The notes: generated by a model not told the origin, from the letters alone. DNA of 64,000 bases from Pseudomonadota bacterium (GCA_030148545.1 JASBTF010000001.1:68885-132884), one strand, 5' to 3'; counted from the stretch's first letter, positions 39,639 to 50,073 are shown. A program made the numbers and translations.

Positions 39639-42600
39639 ATGTGTATGAATCACCTTAAGCGTCAAGATACTCAGCCTGATACACAACAAAGTTTAGGTGC
39701 GCGTTTAGCACCATTGTTTGATAGTAAAAAACAACCCTTAGAAGCACAAATGGCTGCGGCTTTGGGCCATGGTGTGTTGGCGCATGAGTATGCAGAGCGT
39801 GATGATAAGGCTCTGCAAAACATGGTGCAGCATGCGCTGGCTACGTTACAAAATTTTAAAACGGGTAGCTTGGTTGTAGAGGTAGCAAACCCCAGTTTTA
39901 GTGAAAGCACAGTTATTACTGTGATGACCGATGACCAACCCTTTTTGCTAGATAGCTTGCGCCTAGAGCTAGAAGCCGCAGATTTACACCTACACCATGT
40001 GTTGCACCCAGTGGTGAAGGTAGAGATAACGGCCAAAGGCAGCTTGCAACGTATCAGCTTGGTGGATAACCAAGATGAGCAAGGCGATGGCAACATTGCT
40101 TTAATGCTGGTGGAGTGTGACGTGGTGGTAGATGCTGCGGCGCGCAAAGCACTGGCTAAACAGCTTACTCAAGTATTGCAGCAGGCACAGCAAGCTGTGG
40201 CGGATTTCCCTAAAATGGTGTCCAAAATGGAAGAGCAGTTGGCGGTTATGGCCAAGCAGCACCAGGGAGATGCCCAGTTAGAAGAAAACATTTCGTTTCT
40301 TAACTGGCTGCTTAAGGGCAACTTTGTCTTTTTGGGTTACCGTGCGTACGACATTAAACACACCAAGCAGCAAACAACAGTACAAGCGCTAGAAAATAGC
40401 ACATTAGGTATTTTGCCGAAGAAGAGCACCACGCTAAGTAAGCCTGTGGCACTAGAAAAACTAGCTTCTAACCTGCAACGTTATTACAAGGATGATAGTT
40501 TTCTTACGATTACTAAAGCCTTCCAAAAGTCACCTATTCACCGCCGTGCCGACCTAGATTATATCAGCCTGCGTGAGCACGATGCTAAAGGTCGTGTTAC
40601 GAAAGAACACCGCTTTATGGGCTTGTTTACTAGCAGTGCTTATACCGCTAATGCGCGGGAAATTCCCATTATTGGGCACAAAATTCGCCATGTGCTAGAG
40701 CAAGCCAAACAGCATGGTGCGCAAAGTTATAATTATCGCGGCCTGCTTAATATTTTGGAAATGTACCCGCGTGATGAGTTGTTCCAAATTAGTGTGGATG
40801 AGCTGTCTCGCATTGCACATGGTTTGCTGCACATTAAGGAACGTTACCAAGTACGCGTGTTTGTGCGCCATGCTGCGCATGAGCAAACAGTGAGCGTGTT
40901 GGTGTATTTGCCGCGTGACGTGATGAGTAGTGATTTGCGCAAGCGCATTGAGCAAATTTTGGCAACCAGTTTCCAAGCGACAGATGTTGAGTTCCAAGTA
41001 AAAATGGGTAGCGACCGTTTGGCACGTGTGCTGTACAAACTACGCTGCAAAGAAGGTGAATTGCGTTGGCCAACCGAGGCTGAGGTTGAGGCACTGGTAC
41101 AAGAAGCCGCCCGTAAGTGGACCGATGATTTAGCTGAAACACTAGCCGAAACAAACCTACCAGCCATGGCGCAAGAGCTGTTCAAGCGCTATGGGCAGGC
41201 ATTTAGCAGTGGCTATCAGGAAAATACGCCAGCCTCTATTGCGGTGGAAGATATTGCGGCGTTAGAACATATGCGCCAAAACAAGGTGCCGTTTTATGTT
41301 ACCACGCACTATGCCGAGGGTGATGCAACCTTGCGCCTACGTATTTTTAACGAAAACGACCCTATTACGCTGGCGCAGGTAATGCCGCATTTGAGTACTA
41401 TGGGGCTTAATGTTGAGGATGAGCGCCCGTCAGAAATTCGTGATAACGATGGCCGCCATGTGTGGCTGCACGATTTTGGTGTGGCTCTGGCGCAAGATCA
41501 ATCGGCAGATTTAATGCACGTGATGATGTTAACCGAAGCGCTGACTCTAATTTGGCGCGGTGAGTTTACTTCTGACCGCTTGAATCAGCTGATTCTTACC
41601 GCAGGGCTAACATTGCCACAAATTGATGTGTTGCGCGGCTTAAGCGGTTATGTGCAGCAAACCACACGCCGTTATGGCTTGGAGATGATTCATAACACCT
41701 TGGTGAAGCACCATGATATTGCCGCAAAATTGGCCGATTTGTTTGATGCACGCTTTGCGTTAGATACCCCTTTGCGTGAGAGCGCTGCCAAGCAAGACGC
41801 TTTGAGTAAAGATATTACCCAGCTGTTAAAACAGGTAACAGTGCTAGATGAAGACCGTGTGTTACAGCGTTTCCACGATGTGGTGCTGGCCACCGTGCGT
41901 ACCAATGTGGCACAGCGGGCTAGCTTTACGGATCCGTTGGTTATTAAGTTAGATAGCAGCCAAATTGAAGGGTTGGTTAAACCTGTGCCGTGGCGTGAAA
42001 TTTATGTGTATCACCAATCTTTTGAAGGGGTGCACATGCGTGGTGGCCCGGTGGCACGTGGTGGGCTGCGCTGGTCCGATCGCCCTACCGATTTCCGTAC
42101 CGAGGTGCTGGGCTTGGTGAAAACTCAAGTGGTGAAAAACACCGTGATTGTGCCAACAGGGTCTAAGGGTGGTTTTGTGGTGAAAACCCCACTCCCGGCC
42201 GACCGTGCTGCCGCGCAGGAACTGGTAGAAGCAACCTATAAACGTTTTATTCAAAGCTTGTTGTGTGTCACCGATAACTTTTATGAGGGTGAGGTGTACG
42301 CACCGCGTCGTGTTTGCCGCTATGATGAAGATGATCCATACTTGGTTGTGGCAGCAGATAAAGGGACAGCTACCTTTAGCGATGTTGCCAATGGCGAAGC
42401 TGAAAAAGCTGACTACTGGGATGGTATCAGCAGTGGTTTTTGGCTGAATGATGCCTTTGCGAGTGGTGGCTCCAACGGGTACGACCATAAAGTGATGGGT
42501 ATTACTGCTCGTGGTGCGTGGGAATGTGTGCGCCACCACTTCACCATGCGTGGCGTGGATATCCAAACGACTGATTTTACCGTGGCCGGTATTGGTGACA

Positions 42601-44468
42601 TGGGTGGCGATGTATTTGGTAATGGTATGCTGCTGAGCGAGCATATTCGCCTGCAGGCAGCGTTTAACCATCGCCATATTTTCCTCGATCCTAACCCAAA
42701 TGCTGCCAAAACGTATAAGGAACGTCAGCGCTTGTTTGAAGCACGTGGTGGTTGGGACCAATACAACACCAAACTGCTTTCTAAGGGTGGTGGCATTTTT
42801 GAGCGCAGCGCTAAGGAAATTAAACTTAATAAATCACTGCAAGAGTTATTGGGCACAACCGAGAGTACGCTCAACCCTGATGAAGTGATTCGTTTGATTC
42901 TGAAAATGGAAGTAGACCTGCTGTGGAACGGTGGGATTGGTACCTACGTGAAAGCCACCAGTGAAAGCGATATTGATGTTGGTGACCGCGCGAATGATGA
43001 GCTACGCGTTAACGCGAGTGATGTACGTGCCAAAGTAATGGGTGAGGGGGGTAACCTTGGTTTTACTCAACGTGGCCGTATTGAATACGCGTTAAACGGC
43101 GGTGCTATTAATACCGATGCGATTGATAACTCCGCGGGTGTAGGTGCTTCCGACCGTGAAGTGAACTTGAAAATTCTGTTTAAACTAGCTGATGACCAAA
43201 AGCTGCTAGACCGCGAGGCACGTAACACCCTGCTTGCAGATATGACGGATGAGGTAGCAACTCTAGTACTGCGCGACAACCAGCTACAGTCGTGGGCACT
43301 TACCCTGAAGGAGCAAATGGGTGCCGAGGCGAACGACACAAACTATCGTCTCATGTGCGCTCTGTCGCAGCGTGGTTTGCTGGACCGCCGCTTAGAAGCC
43401 ATGCCAGATGAGGAAGAGCTAGAGCGCCGCCGCCGTGAAGGTACTGGCTTTACGCGCCCTGAGCTTTCGGTGCTGATGGCTTATGCTAAAATTGCGCTGA
43501 AGGAAGATTTGGTAAACAGCCCGCTGGCGGACGATGCGTCACTACGGCCGTTCCTGACCAATTATTTCCCACAGCCTGTACAGCAAAAGTTCGATGGTTT
43601 GTTGAACGACCACCGCCTCTGCCGCGAGATTGTGGTAACCGGCGTGGTAAACCAATTGGTAAACCGCATGGGCATTACTTTCCTTAACCGTATGGTGGAT
43701 GAAACTGGTCATAAACCCGCCACTGTGGCGCGTGCTTTTGTTGCCAGCAAACGCCTGTTTGAGGGTGACCGCTGGTGGGAGCTGATTGAGCAGTTGGCCG
43801 GTAAAGTCCCTGCCGAAACCCAAGTGCAGATGATGGAAAATGTAAAACGCCTGATTGAATTTGGTGCGTTTTGGCTGCTGCGTAAGGCTAATAAGCTGGA
43901 AGACATTGCCGCTATTGAAGCTGAGTTTGGCACGGCTATTAACAGCATTGCTAGTCAAGTGCCACAGCACTGCACGCCACGAATGGCCGAGCGTTTGGCA
44001 CACATTACCGAAAAATGGCAACAAGCAGGCCTCAGTGAAGACATTGCCGAAGCTTTTGCCCTGTTACCAACCATGACTGGTGCACTGGATGTGGCATGGC
44101 TTGCCGGTCAAGCTAAGGCAGATGTTGGTAAAGCGTTGAGCCTATACTTTATGGCAAGTGACCGCTTGCAGCTAGCCAGGTTGAAAAACATGGCGCTGGA
44201 GTTGAGCATGGAGAACAATTGGCAGCGTGTTTCTGCACTCACCATTCTGGATGAGCTGTATGGCCACCACCGTGCCGTGGGTGCCGAGCTGCTCAGCTTG
44301 CTCAAGAAAGGTAAAACACTGACAGCCGTGTTCGATAAATGGACCGAACTGCGCGGCCCCGCACTAAAACAGTACGACCGCCTGTTGGAAGAACTAGGCG
44401 ACCAAGCCGATATTACGCACCCTATGTTGGTGGCGGTACTTGGCCAGTTGAAAGGATTAACTACATAA
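39639..44468 (+). CDS. NAD-specific glutamate dehydrogenase, large (~1600 aa) type
   Basis: 1609 aa. Central catalytic region (…GGLRWSDRPTDFRTEVLGLVKTQVVKNTVIVPTGSKGGFV…) typical of the Bac_GDH family. Confidence 0.85.
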   Translation: MCMNHLKRQDTQPDTQQSLGARLAPLFDSKKQPLEAQMAAALGHGVLAHEYAERDDKALQNMVQHALATLQNFKTGSLVVEVANPSFSESTVITVMTDDQPFLLDSLRLELEAADLHLHHVLHPVVKVEITAKGSLQRISLVDNQDEQGDGNIALMLVECDVVVDAAARKALAKQLTQVLQQAQQAVADFPKMVSKMEEQLAVMAKQHQGDAQLEENISFLNWLLKGNFVFLGYRAYDIKHTKQQTTVQALENSTLGILPKKSTTLSKPVALEKLASNLQRYYKDDSFLTITKAFQKSPIHRRADLDYISLREHDAKGRVTKEHRFMGLFTSSAYTANAREIPIIGHKIRHVLEQAKQHGAQSYNYRGLLNILEMYPRDELFQISVDELSRIAHGLLHIKERYQVRVFVRHAAHEQTVSVLVYLPRDVMSSDLRKRIEQILATSFQATDVEFQVKMGSDRLARVLYKLRCKEGELRWPTEAEVEALVQEAARKWTDDLAETLAETNLPAMAQELFKRYGQAFSSGYQENTPASIAVEDIAALEHMRQNKVPFYVTTHYAEGDATLRLRIFNENDPITLAQVMPHLSTMGLNVEDERPSEIRDNDGRHVWLHDFGVALAQDQSADLMHVMMLTEALTLIWRGEFTSDRLNQLILTAGLTLPQIDVLRGLSGYVQQTTRRYGLEMIHNTLVKHHDIAAKLADLFDARFALDTPLRESAAKQDALSKDITQLLKQVTVLDEDRVLQRFHDVVLATVRTNVAQRASFTDPLVIKLDSSQIEGLVKPVPWREIYVYHQSFEGVHMRGGPVARGGLRWSDRPTDFRTEVLGLVKTQVVKNTVIVPTGSKGGFVVKTPLPADRAAAQELVEATYKRFIQSLLCVTDNFYEGEVYAPRRVCRYDEDDPYLVVAADKGTATFSDVANGEAEKADYWDGISSGFWLNDAFASGGSNGYDHKVMGITARGAWECVRHHFTMRGVDIQTTDFTVAGIGDMGGDVFGNGMLLSEHIRLQAAFNHRHIFLDPNPNAAKTYKERQRLFEARGGWDQYNTKLLSKGGGIFERSAKEIKLNKSLQELLGTTESTLNPDEVIRLILKMEVDLLWNGGIGTYVKATSESDIDVGDRANDELRVNASDVRAKVMGEGGNLGFTQRGRIEYALNGGAINTDAIDNSAGVGASDREVNLKILFKLADDQKLLDREARNTLLADMTDEVATLVLRDNQLQSWALTLKEQMGAEANDTNYRLMCALSQRGLLDRRLEAMPDEEELERRRREGTGFTRPELSVLMAYAKIALKEDLVNSPLADDASLRPFLTNYFPQPVQQKFDGLLNDHRLCREIVVTGVVNQLVNRMGITFLNRMVDETGHKPATVARAFVASKRLFEGDRWWELIEQLAGKVPAETQVQMMENVKRLIEFGAFWLLRKANKLEDIAAIEAEFGTAINSIASQVPQHCTPRMAERLAHITEKWQQAGLSEDIAEAFALLPTMTGALDVAWLAGQAKADVGKALSLYFMASDRLQLARLKNMALELSMENNWQRVSALTILDELYGHHRAVGAELLSLLKKGKTLTAVFDKWTELRGPALKQYDRLLEELGDQADITHPMLVAVLGQLKGLTT

Positions 44469-44469
44469 A

Positions 44470-44500
44470 ACAAAGCCGCCCTATGGGGCGGCTTTGTTCA
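44470..44500. terminator. Bidirectional terminator
   Basis: AGCCGCCCtatgGGGCGGCT followed by TTGTTC. Confidence 0.45.
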
Positions 44501-44939
44501 GGGTTAGTGCTTGTTGCACAAGTTGTTTTAGGGTTGTCAGTGCATCGCCATGACGTTCGGCACGCAGTTCGGAGACGACGCTTTCCTTCAGCTCTGAGCC
44601 AACGCCAGCTAGCTTTTGTACCGGCTTGCCCGAGAACTCATCAGGTAACCAGTTATCGCTACTGCTGGAGAACGGCACAATAATCACTGGCCATTCATTG
44701 AATGTGATGGTTTCAGCTAGAACACTCCCGTTGCGTCGGCTGCCAAAGCCACAAGCAAAGGGCTCTTGGTCTAGGTGATAATCCAGTATCACCACACGCA
44801 GCGTACTATCATCGGCCTGCAACAGCTCTGCCGCGTTGCTGAAGTTTTTAGCAGCAACAGCGTTTAACCCTTGTTTGGTGAGGTATGCTGCCAGTGGCGC
44901 ACCCCACTCATCGTCAACTATCAGTACTTCGACGGTCAT
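44481..44939 (-). CDS. CheY-like receiver (REC) single-domain protein
   Basis: VLIVDDE…RVVILDYHL…PVIIVPFS follows the beta1/beta3/beta4 REC pattern with a conserved Asp pair and a phospho-acceptor-like Asp. Strong RBS CAGGAGGAG. Confidence 0.5.
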   Translation of the reverse strand: MTVEVLIVDDEWGAPLAAYLTKQGLNAVAAKNFSNAAELLQADDSTLRVVILDYHLDQEPFACGFGSRRNGSVLAETITFNEWPVIIVPFSSSSDNWLPDEFSGKPVQKLAGVGSELKESVVSELRAERHGDALTTLKQLVQQALTLNKAAP

Positions 44940-45420
44940 TATGCTCCTCCTGAAAACCTTGTAATGCTTTTTGTAGCATTGTGCACAAGGACGTGAGTTT
45001 ATGATCATCGTACACGCCGTTGTCGATTAGGCTTATGACATCAGTTTTGTTGAGCATGATGTGGCCATAAGTTATGTCTGTAGGCATATGCATGTTGCCA
45101 TCCCAATGGGGGCTAAACAGCATCATCACCGGTTTGGGGGTGATAAAGTTACTATTTGCCACATACTTGAGCAGCTTCACGCCGTCAAATGCCCGCCGCC
45201 GCGTAAATTCTCCTTGATCCAGCTGGTGGCCAAGTAGAATCACGCGAGCGACTTTGGATTTTTCCAGTGCATCATCAAATGATTTTGCATAGTCAATGGT
45301 CAGTACAGGATTGGTGGCCTTAAGAAATTTACACAGCTTTTCGCCATGCAGCGCGTCCACAACTAAAATATCCAGTGTTTTAACGCCATGCGGCGCGCGA
45401 AGATTTTCATCAGTCGGCAT
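44914..45420 (-). CDS. Paralogous REC-like protein, degenerate (acceptor Asp replaced)
   Basis: DILVVDA…RVILLGHQLDQGEF…PVMMLFSPH is paralogous to the downstream gene. RBS AAGGAGG. Overlaps the next gene by 26 nt. Confidence 0.45.
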   Translation of the reverse strand: MPTDENLRAPHGVKTLDILVVDALHGEKLCKFLKATNPVLTIDYAKSFDDALEKSKVARVILLGHQLDQGEFTRRRAFDGVKLLKYVANSNFITPKPVMMLFSPHWDGNMHMPTDITYGHIMLNKTDVISLIDNGVYDDHKLTSLCTMLQKALQGFQEEHNDRRSTDS

Positions 45421-45551
45421 GGCTGCCTCCTTTTGTAAAATAACGGTAAAGTGAGTCTTGGCCGTTATATAACCCAAATGTATACATAATATCAAGCAGA
45501 AACTGCTCAAATACCGAAACCGGGCGTAAAAACGCCCGGCACGGTTCGAAA

Positions 45552-45824
45552 CTAGGTTGCAGGAAGCTGTTTGCCTGTAAGGGCAAACAGCGTGGTGAGC
45601 CCACCAAGTGCGCCAATAAACATGGCGACGGGCAGGTAGTCTTCGCCAGCGCGGAAAGCGAAAGCGGCCATGCTCAGCAAGGCAATACCCAGCGTGAACG
45701 GCAGCAGTCGCTGCAACAAGCGCGAGCGCTTGTAAATGCTTTGCACCATCGAAATGATGATGCACAGGCCAGCAAACGCCAAAACCCCAATGGTGAGGTG
45801 CGGATACAAAGCAAAAAAGTTCAT
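45552..45824 (-). CDS. Small membrane protein (90 aa, ~3 TM)
   Basis: RBS GGGAGG before the ATG. Preceded by a possible 38-aa TM peptide ORF (45828-45944). Confidence 0.45.
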   Translation of the reverse strand: MNFFALYPHLTIGVLAFAGLCIIISMVQSIYKRSRLLQRLLPFTLGIALLSMAAFAFRAGEDYLPVAMFIGALGGLTTLFALTGKQLPAT

Positions 45825-46099
45825 ATTAACCTCCCATATAAGGTTGGATCAGCTGCGGTATAGCAACGGCTACACGCAGCGCGAAAATGGCAAAAAGTCC
45901 AGCAGCTGCATATAGCAACCAGTTAGTAGATTTCGTACGCATTACACGCCCCTTTCAAAAGGACAAAAAAGTGTTTCAAAAAAGCGCATTCTGCGCCGAT
46001 TCATAACTCTTATGTAGGGCTACAAAAATGGATTACAAACGTGCTTATACTAGGGGTGAGTTAAAGCGGTACTAACCTGTAAGTGTGAATTATTACGCC

Positions 46100-46188
46100 G
46101 CGCTTTGTGGGTCGGCATCCCCAGCTCGCAGCGCCGCGGGTCCAGGGTGACCCTGGTGCAGAGCGGCGGCTTTGCCGACCGCGACAGC
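46100..46188. repeat. GC-rich palindromic dispersed repeat, copy c (inverted orientation)
   Basis: Reverse complement reads CGGTCGGCAAAGCCGCCGCTCTGCACCAGGGTCACCCTGGACCCGCGGCGC…, matching 33906-33995. Confidence 0.5.
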
Positions 46189-46190
46189 AT

Positions 46191-47165
46191 TTAGCGTTTA
46201 CGTGCTAAACGCAAGCACGGCCCGAGGAAGAACAGGCTAAAGGCCACAGTAAACCATAGGGTGGTGAGGCGAATACCTGCCGTGGCTACGGTAGCAATTG
46301 GCGTTGGTACGTCTAGCAGTAGCAGCAGGCCAAAAATAGTGGCATCGGTACCGCCAAGGCCGCCCGGCAGCATGGAGAGCCCGCCAATCATGGTAGCAAA
46401 CAAAAAGATAAACATGGCCGCGAGGAAGCTCACTTGAGTTTGGTCTAGCGCCTGCAGCAGCATCCAAAACGCAAAACTTTCAGCCAGCCAGGCAATAGCA
46501 GAAAACACCACCGTAATGCTGAGCACGCGTGGGCTAAACAGTTTACGGGTTAGCTTAAGGCTGCGGTTAATAGCAGCAAACAGGCGTGGCAGGCGGTAGC
46601 CAATGAGGCGGTAGCCAAGTTTGATGAAGAAGGTAAGTAACGCCGGGTACACCACTAGCAAACCAATACCGAAGATAATCCCGCCGCAGAGCAATACGGC
46701 AATCCACTTACCACCAAAGAACATAGCGCCAACACCAGTCAGCAAGCTAATGGCCAGAATATCCACAAACTGGTCCATAAACATCATTGGCATGGTGCGG
46801 GCAAAGGCATAGCCATGGCAGCGCTTGATAAACCATAGGCGAATAGCCGTGCCTACTTTACCCGGCGTGGTGGTGAGCGATACACCGCCCATGTAGTACA
46901 GCCCAAGGCGTTTTAAAGGAATGTTTAGTTCTAGTCGTTTAGCAAAAAAGGGCCAACGTCCACCACGGAAAAGGAGGTTGATGAATGACATTGCCCACAT
47001 GGCTAGCAGTAGTGGCCAGCTGAGTTGCTTTACCGCGTCCCAAATTTCGCTCACGCCGCTAAACACTCCAACCAAAATAAAGGCAGCAATAAACAGCACT
47101 ACGGTGGCTACGGTGTAAAATTCTAGTTGGCGAATGCGCTTGGCAGAAAAATCGGGTGAACTCAT
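46191..47165 (-). CDS. UPF0104/YbhN-family integral membrane protein (lysylphosphatidylglycerol-synthase-TM-like, flippase-like)
   Basis: 8 predicted TM helices. Conserved LPGGLGGTDATIFGLL segment. Confidence 0.65.
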   Translation of the reverse strand: MSSPDFSAKRIRQLEFYTVATVVLFIAAFILVGVFSGVSEIWDAVKQLSWPLLLAMWAMSFINLLFRGGRWPFFAKRLELNIPLKRLGLYYMGGVSLTTTPGKVGTAIRLWFIKRCHGYAFARTMPMMFMDQFVDILAISLLTGVGAMFFGGKWIAVLLCGGIIFGIGLLVVYPALLTFFIKLGYRLIGYRLPRLFAAINRSLKLTRKLFSPRVLSITVVFSAIAWLAESFAFWMLLQALDQTQVSFLAAMFIFLFATMIGGLSMLPGGLGGTDATIFGLLLLLDVPTPIATVATAGIRLTTLWFTVAFSLFFLGPCLRLARKR

Positions 47166-47199
47166 GCGGCTACTTTACTCATTTACGCATAAATTGCAC

Positions 47200-47650
47200 G
47201 TGGAAATATTGACAGCCAACTGCACAGTGGGTATACCACGCATTCGACTTTCGCGTTTTACAAAATAAGCTACATACCGGGTGGCGCCCGGCAAAGACGC
47301 CTTTCTTCGACGGGGCTTATGTCTTGCGGTAAGTGCAGTAGCGCAGCCTTGCTGAAGTATCAACCAGTTGACCCTGATGAGCTTATCATCCTTTCTCTCA
47401 TCGACGTGGTAAAGGTCTGCTCCTTATGTGGAGACACCTGCTGTGTGGTACCAGCCCTTGCGGCTCTGGTTTTGTCCTCACTGGCCAGAGCCGCCGAGTT
47501 TCGTGAACCTCCATTGGGTTGAGCCCTGACTCCCCAATGTTGGTAGAGGGTAGGCGTCGTTACGCCTACATGTGGATTCACTACCCACGGCTACCTCGGC
47601 CACCGAGCCCCCGCTGTTGCAGATGCAGCGGGGGCTCACCTTTTTAGCAT
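47200..47650 (+). ncRNA. Candidate ~450-nt structured RNA or leader ending in a plus-strand intrinsic terminator
   Basis: ORF-poor, GC-rich. Strong terminator GAGCCCCCGCTGttgcagatgCAGCGGGGGCTC followed by ACCTTTTTAGC at 47607-47650. Identity not established. Confidence 0.25.
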
Positions 47651-47658
47651 TTGGCTAA

Positions 47659-48672
47659 CTAAGCTTTGAGTAATCCCACTGTATCGTAAACATTAGCCAG
47701 TGTTTTGGCGGCTACGGTGCGGGCGCGGGCTGCGCCATCGGCCAAAATAGTTTCCAGTTCGTCTGTGTTGGTTATGAGCTCGGCATGTTTGGTGCGTATG
47801 GGGGCTATTTTGGCAACCACGGCATCGGCTACGGCTTGTTTAAAGGTGCCATACTGCATGTCGGCGCAGTCGGCCTGTGCTTGCTCCATGCTTTTGCCAC
47901 TTATCGTTGCCAAAATTTCCAGCAAGTTGGTAATACCGGGCTGGTTTTGCTCATCAATGCGGACTTGGGCCTCGTTATCGGTCACCGCGCGTTTAAATTT
48001 TTTCTCAATCACTTTATCTTCATCATCAAGAAACACACAGCCTTGCCCAGCAAGTGATTTGCTCATTTTACTGGTAGGGTCTTGCAGGTCCTTTACGCGT
48101 GCCGCTGTGGTGGGAATAAAAGGCTCAGGCACGGTAAAAGTGCTTTGATCAAACAAATTATTAAACCGAATGGCAATGTTACGGCATAGCTCTAGGTGTT
48201 GTTTTTGGTCTTCACCTACGGGTACATGGGTGGGCTGGTATAACAGAATATCCGCCGCTTGCAGCACGGGGTAGGTAAACAAGCCGGCATTGATATTGCC
48301 TTTGTTGCGGCTGGCTTTGTCCTTATATTCGGTCATGCGCTCCAGCTCGCCCATTTGGCTAAAGGTGTTAAGCACCCACGCCAGCTGTGCGTGTTCGGTC
48401 ACTTGGCTTTGTACAAATAGGGTTGCGGTTTTGGGGTTAAGCCCTGCTGCCAAGTACCATGCGGCCATGCTTAAGGTGTTGTGGCGCAGCTGTGCCGGGT
48501 CAATCCGCACGGTTAGTGCATGGGAATTAGCTAAAAAGAAATAGCTATCACCTTCGTTTTGCAAATCAACATAGCGCTTTAACGCACCAAGGTAGTTGCC
48601 CAGTGTTGGTTGACCTTCACCCGTGGTTTGAATACCGCTTAAAAAAACTTTTTCACTCATGGCGCTTACCAT
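47659..48672 (-). CDS. trpS: Tryptophan--tRNA ligase
   Basis: …FLSGIQTTGEGQPTLGNYLGA… (HIGH-region equivalent) and the KMSKS motif. Confidence 0.9.
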   Translation of the reverse strand: MVSAMSEKVFLSGIQTTGEGQPTLGNYLGALKRYVDLQNEGDSYFFLANSHALTVRIDPAQLRHNTLSMAAWYLAAGLNPKTATLFVQSQVTEHAQLAWVLNTFSQMGELERMTEYKDKASRNKGNINAGLFTYPVLQAADILLYQPTHVPVGEDQKQHLELCRNIAIRFNNLFDQSTFTVPEPFIPTTAARVKDLQDPTSKMSKSLAGQGCVFLDDEDKVIEKKFKRAVTDNEAQVRIDEQNQPGITNLLEILATISGKSMEQAQADCADMQYGTFKQAVADAVVAKIAPIRTKHAELITNTDELETILADGAARARTVAAKTLANVYDTVGLLKA

Positions 48673-48714
48673 AGGCAATTGCACCTTGGCTGGCAATGGT
48701 GTAAAACGGCCAAC

Positions 48715-50073
48715 ATGTCATTACATATTACAGTTATTGGAACAGGATACGTTGGCCTAGTAACCGGTACCGGTTTGGCCGAGGTTGGGTTTAACGTTAC
48801 ATGCGTGGATGTAGATGCGGAGAAAATCCGTAAACTGCGCGATGAAGGGATTATTCCTATTTATGAGCCAGGCTTGGAAGAGCTGGTGAAGAAGAATGCT
48901 GCCGCAGGCCGCCTAACATTCACTACCGATGTTGCCGAATGCACCCCGCAAAGCGATGTGGTGATGATTGGTGTAGGCACCCCGCCACAGGAAGATGGCA
49001 GCACAGATTTGAGCTATGTGGAGCAAGCTGCACGTGATGTAGCCTCACACCTGAAGGCTGGTGCCGTGGTGGTGTGTAAATCTACCGTGCCGGTAGGTAC
49101 CAACCACATGATTTACGACGTGATTGAGCAAGCCAACAGCAATGCTCAGTTTGCTGTGGCAAGTAACCCAGAGTTTTTGCGTGAAGGCGCTGCCGTGCGC
49201 GACTTTTTGGAGCCTGAGCGCGTGGTAATTGGTGTGGAAGACAAAGCTGCCCAAGCCACTATGGAGCAGCTGTACCAACCGTTTAAGGATGCAGGTTCTA
49301 CCATTCAGGTGGTGAACATTCCTACTGCTGAGCTTATTAAGTACGCCAGCAACTCTTTCCTCGCGGTAAAAATCACCTTTATTAACGAGATTGCTGCTCT
49401 GTGCGAAACTTGCGGTGCCGACGTTGCCGAAGTTGCGCGTGGTATGGGGCTGGATAGCCGCATTGGTAGCGCGTTCCTCAACCCGGGTCCGGGTTATGGT
49501 GGTAGCTGCTTCCCTAAAGATACACTATCGCTGGCGTATCAAGCGCAGCAGTTGGGTAGCCCACAAACCTTGGTGGAGCAAACCATTACTGCGAACGATG
49601 CCACTAAAACCCGTATGGTTCAGTTGGTAAAGAACACCTTTGGTGATGACCTAAGCGGTAAGAAAATTGCCATTTTGGGTCTAGCTTTTAAAGCGAAGAC
49701 TGACGACATGCGCGAAGCCGCAAGCCTGACCATTTTGCCGCAGCTGGCTGCTGCTGGTGCGGAATTGGTGGCGTATGACCCTGAGGCCATGGAAAATGCT
49801 AAAGCACTCCTGCCAGCAGGCGTACAGTACGCTGATAGTGCCGAGGCTGCATTGCAAGGTGCCGATGGTGCATTGATTCTTACCGAATGGTCACAGTTTG
49901 CTGCCCTCCAGCCGGAAGATTTTGTGAACAGCTTAAACGCGCCAACCACCGTGGTGGATACGCGTAACCTGTTCTGTCGCCAAACCATGGCTCAGGCGGG
50001 GATTCGTTATGTATCACTTGGTCGCCCAACATTGTCTGCACAAACAGATAGTTCTACTGCTGCCGCGGCGTAA
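48715..50073 (+). CDS. ugd: UDP-glucose 6-dehydrogenase
   Basis: MSLHITVIGTGYVGLVTGTGLAEVGFNVTCVDVD… Catalytic GGSCFPKD motif. Confidence 0.9.
   Translation: MSLHITVIGTGYVGLVTGTGLAEVGFNVTCVDVDAEKIRKLRDEGIIPIYEPGLEELVKKNAAAGRLTFTTDVAECTPQSDVVMIGVGTPPQEDGSTDLSYVEQAARDVASHLKAGAVVVCKSTVPVGTNHMIYDVIEQANSNAQFAVASNPEFLREGAAVRDFLEPERVVIGVEDKAAQATMEQLYQPFKDAGSTIQVVNIPTAELIKYASNSFLAVKITFINEIAALCETCGADVAEVARGMGLDSRIGSAFLNPGPGYGGSCFPKDTLSLAYQAQQLGSPQTLVEQTITANDATKTRMVQLVKNTFGDDLSGKKIAILGLAFKAKTDDMREAASLTILPQLAAAGAELVAYDPEAMENAKALLPAGVQYADSAEAALQGADGALILTEWSQFAALQPEDFVNSLNAPTTVVDTRNLFCRQTMAQAGIRYVSLGRPTLSAQTDSSTAAAA

Noticed and set aside
47175-47650. RNase P RNA, tmRNA or SRP RNA in the ORF-free region
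   Set aside because: Could not find the P4 GGAAAGUCCGGGCU / ACAGAAcCCGGCUUA words, a tRNA-like CCA-terminated acceptor for tmRNA, or the SRP domain IV motif on either strand. Left as an unassigned RNA candidate.
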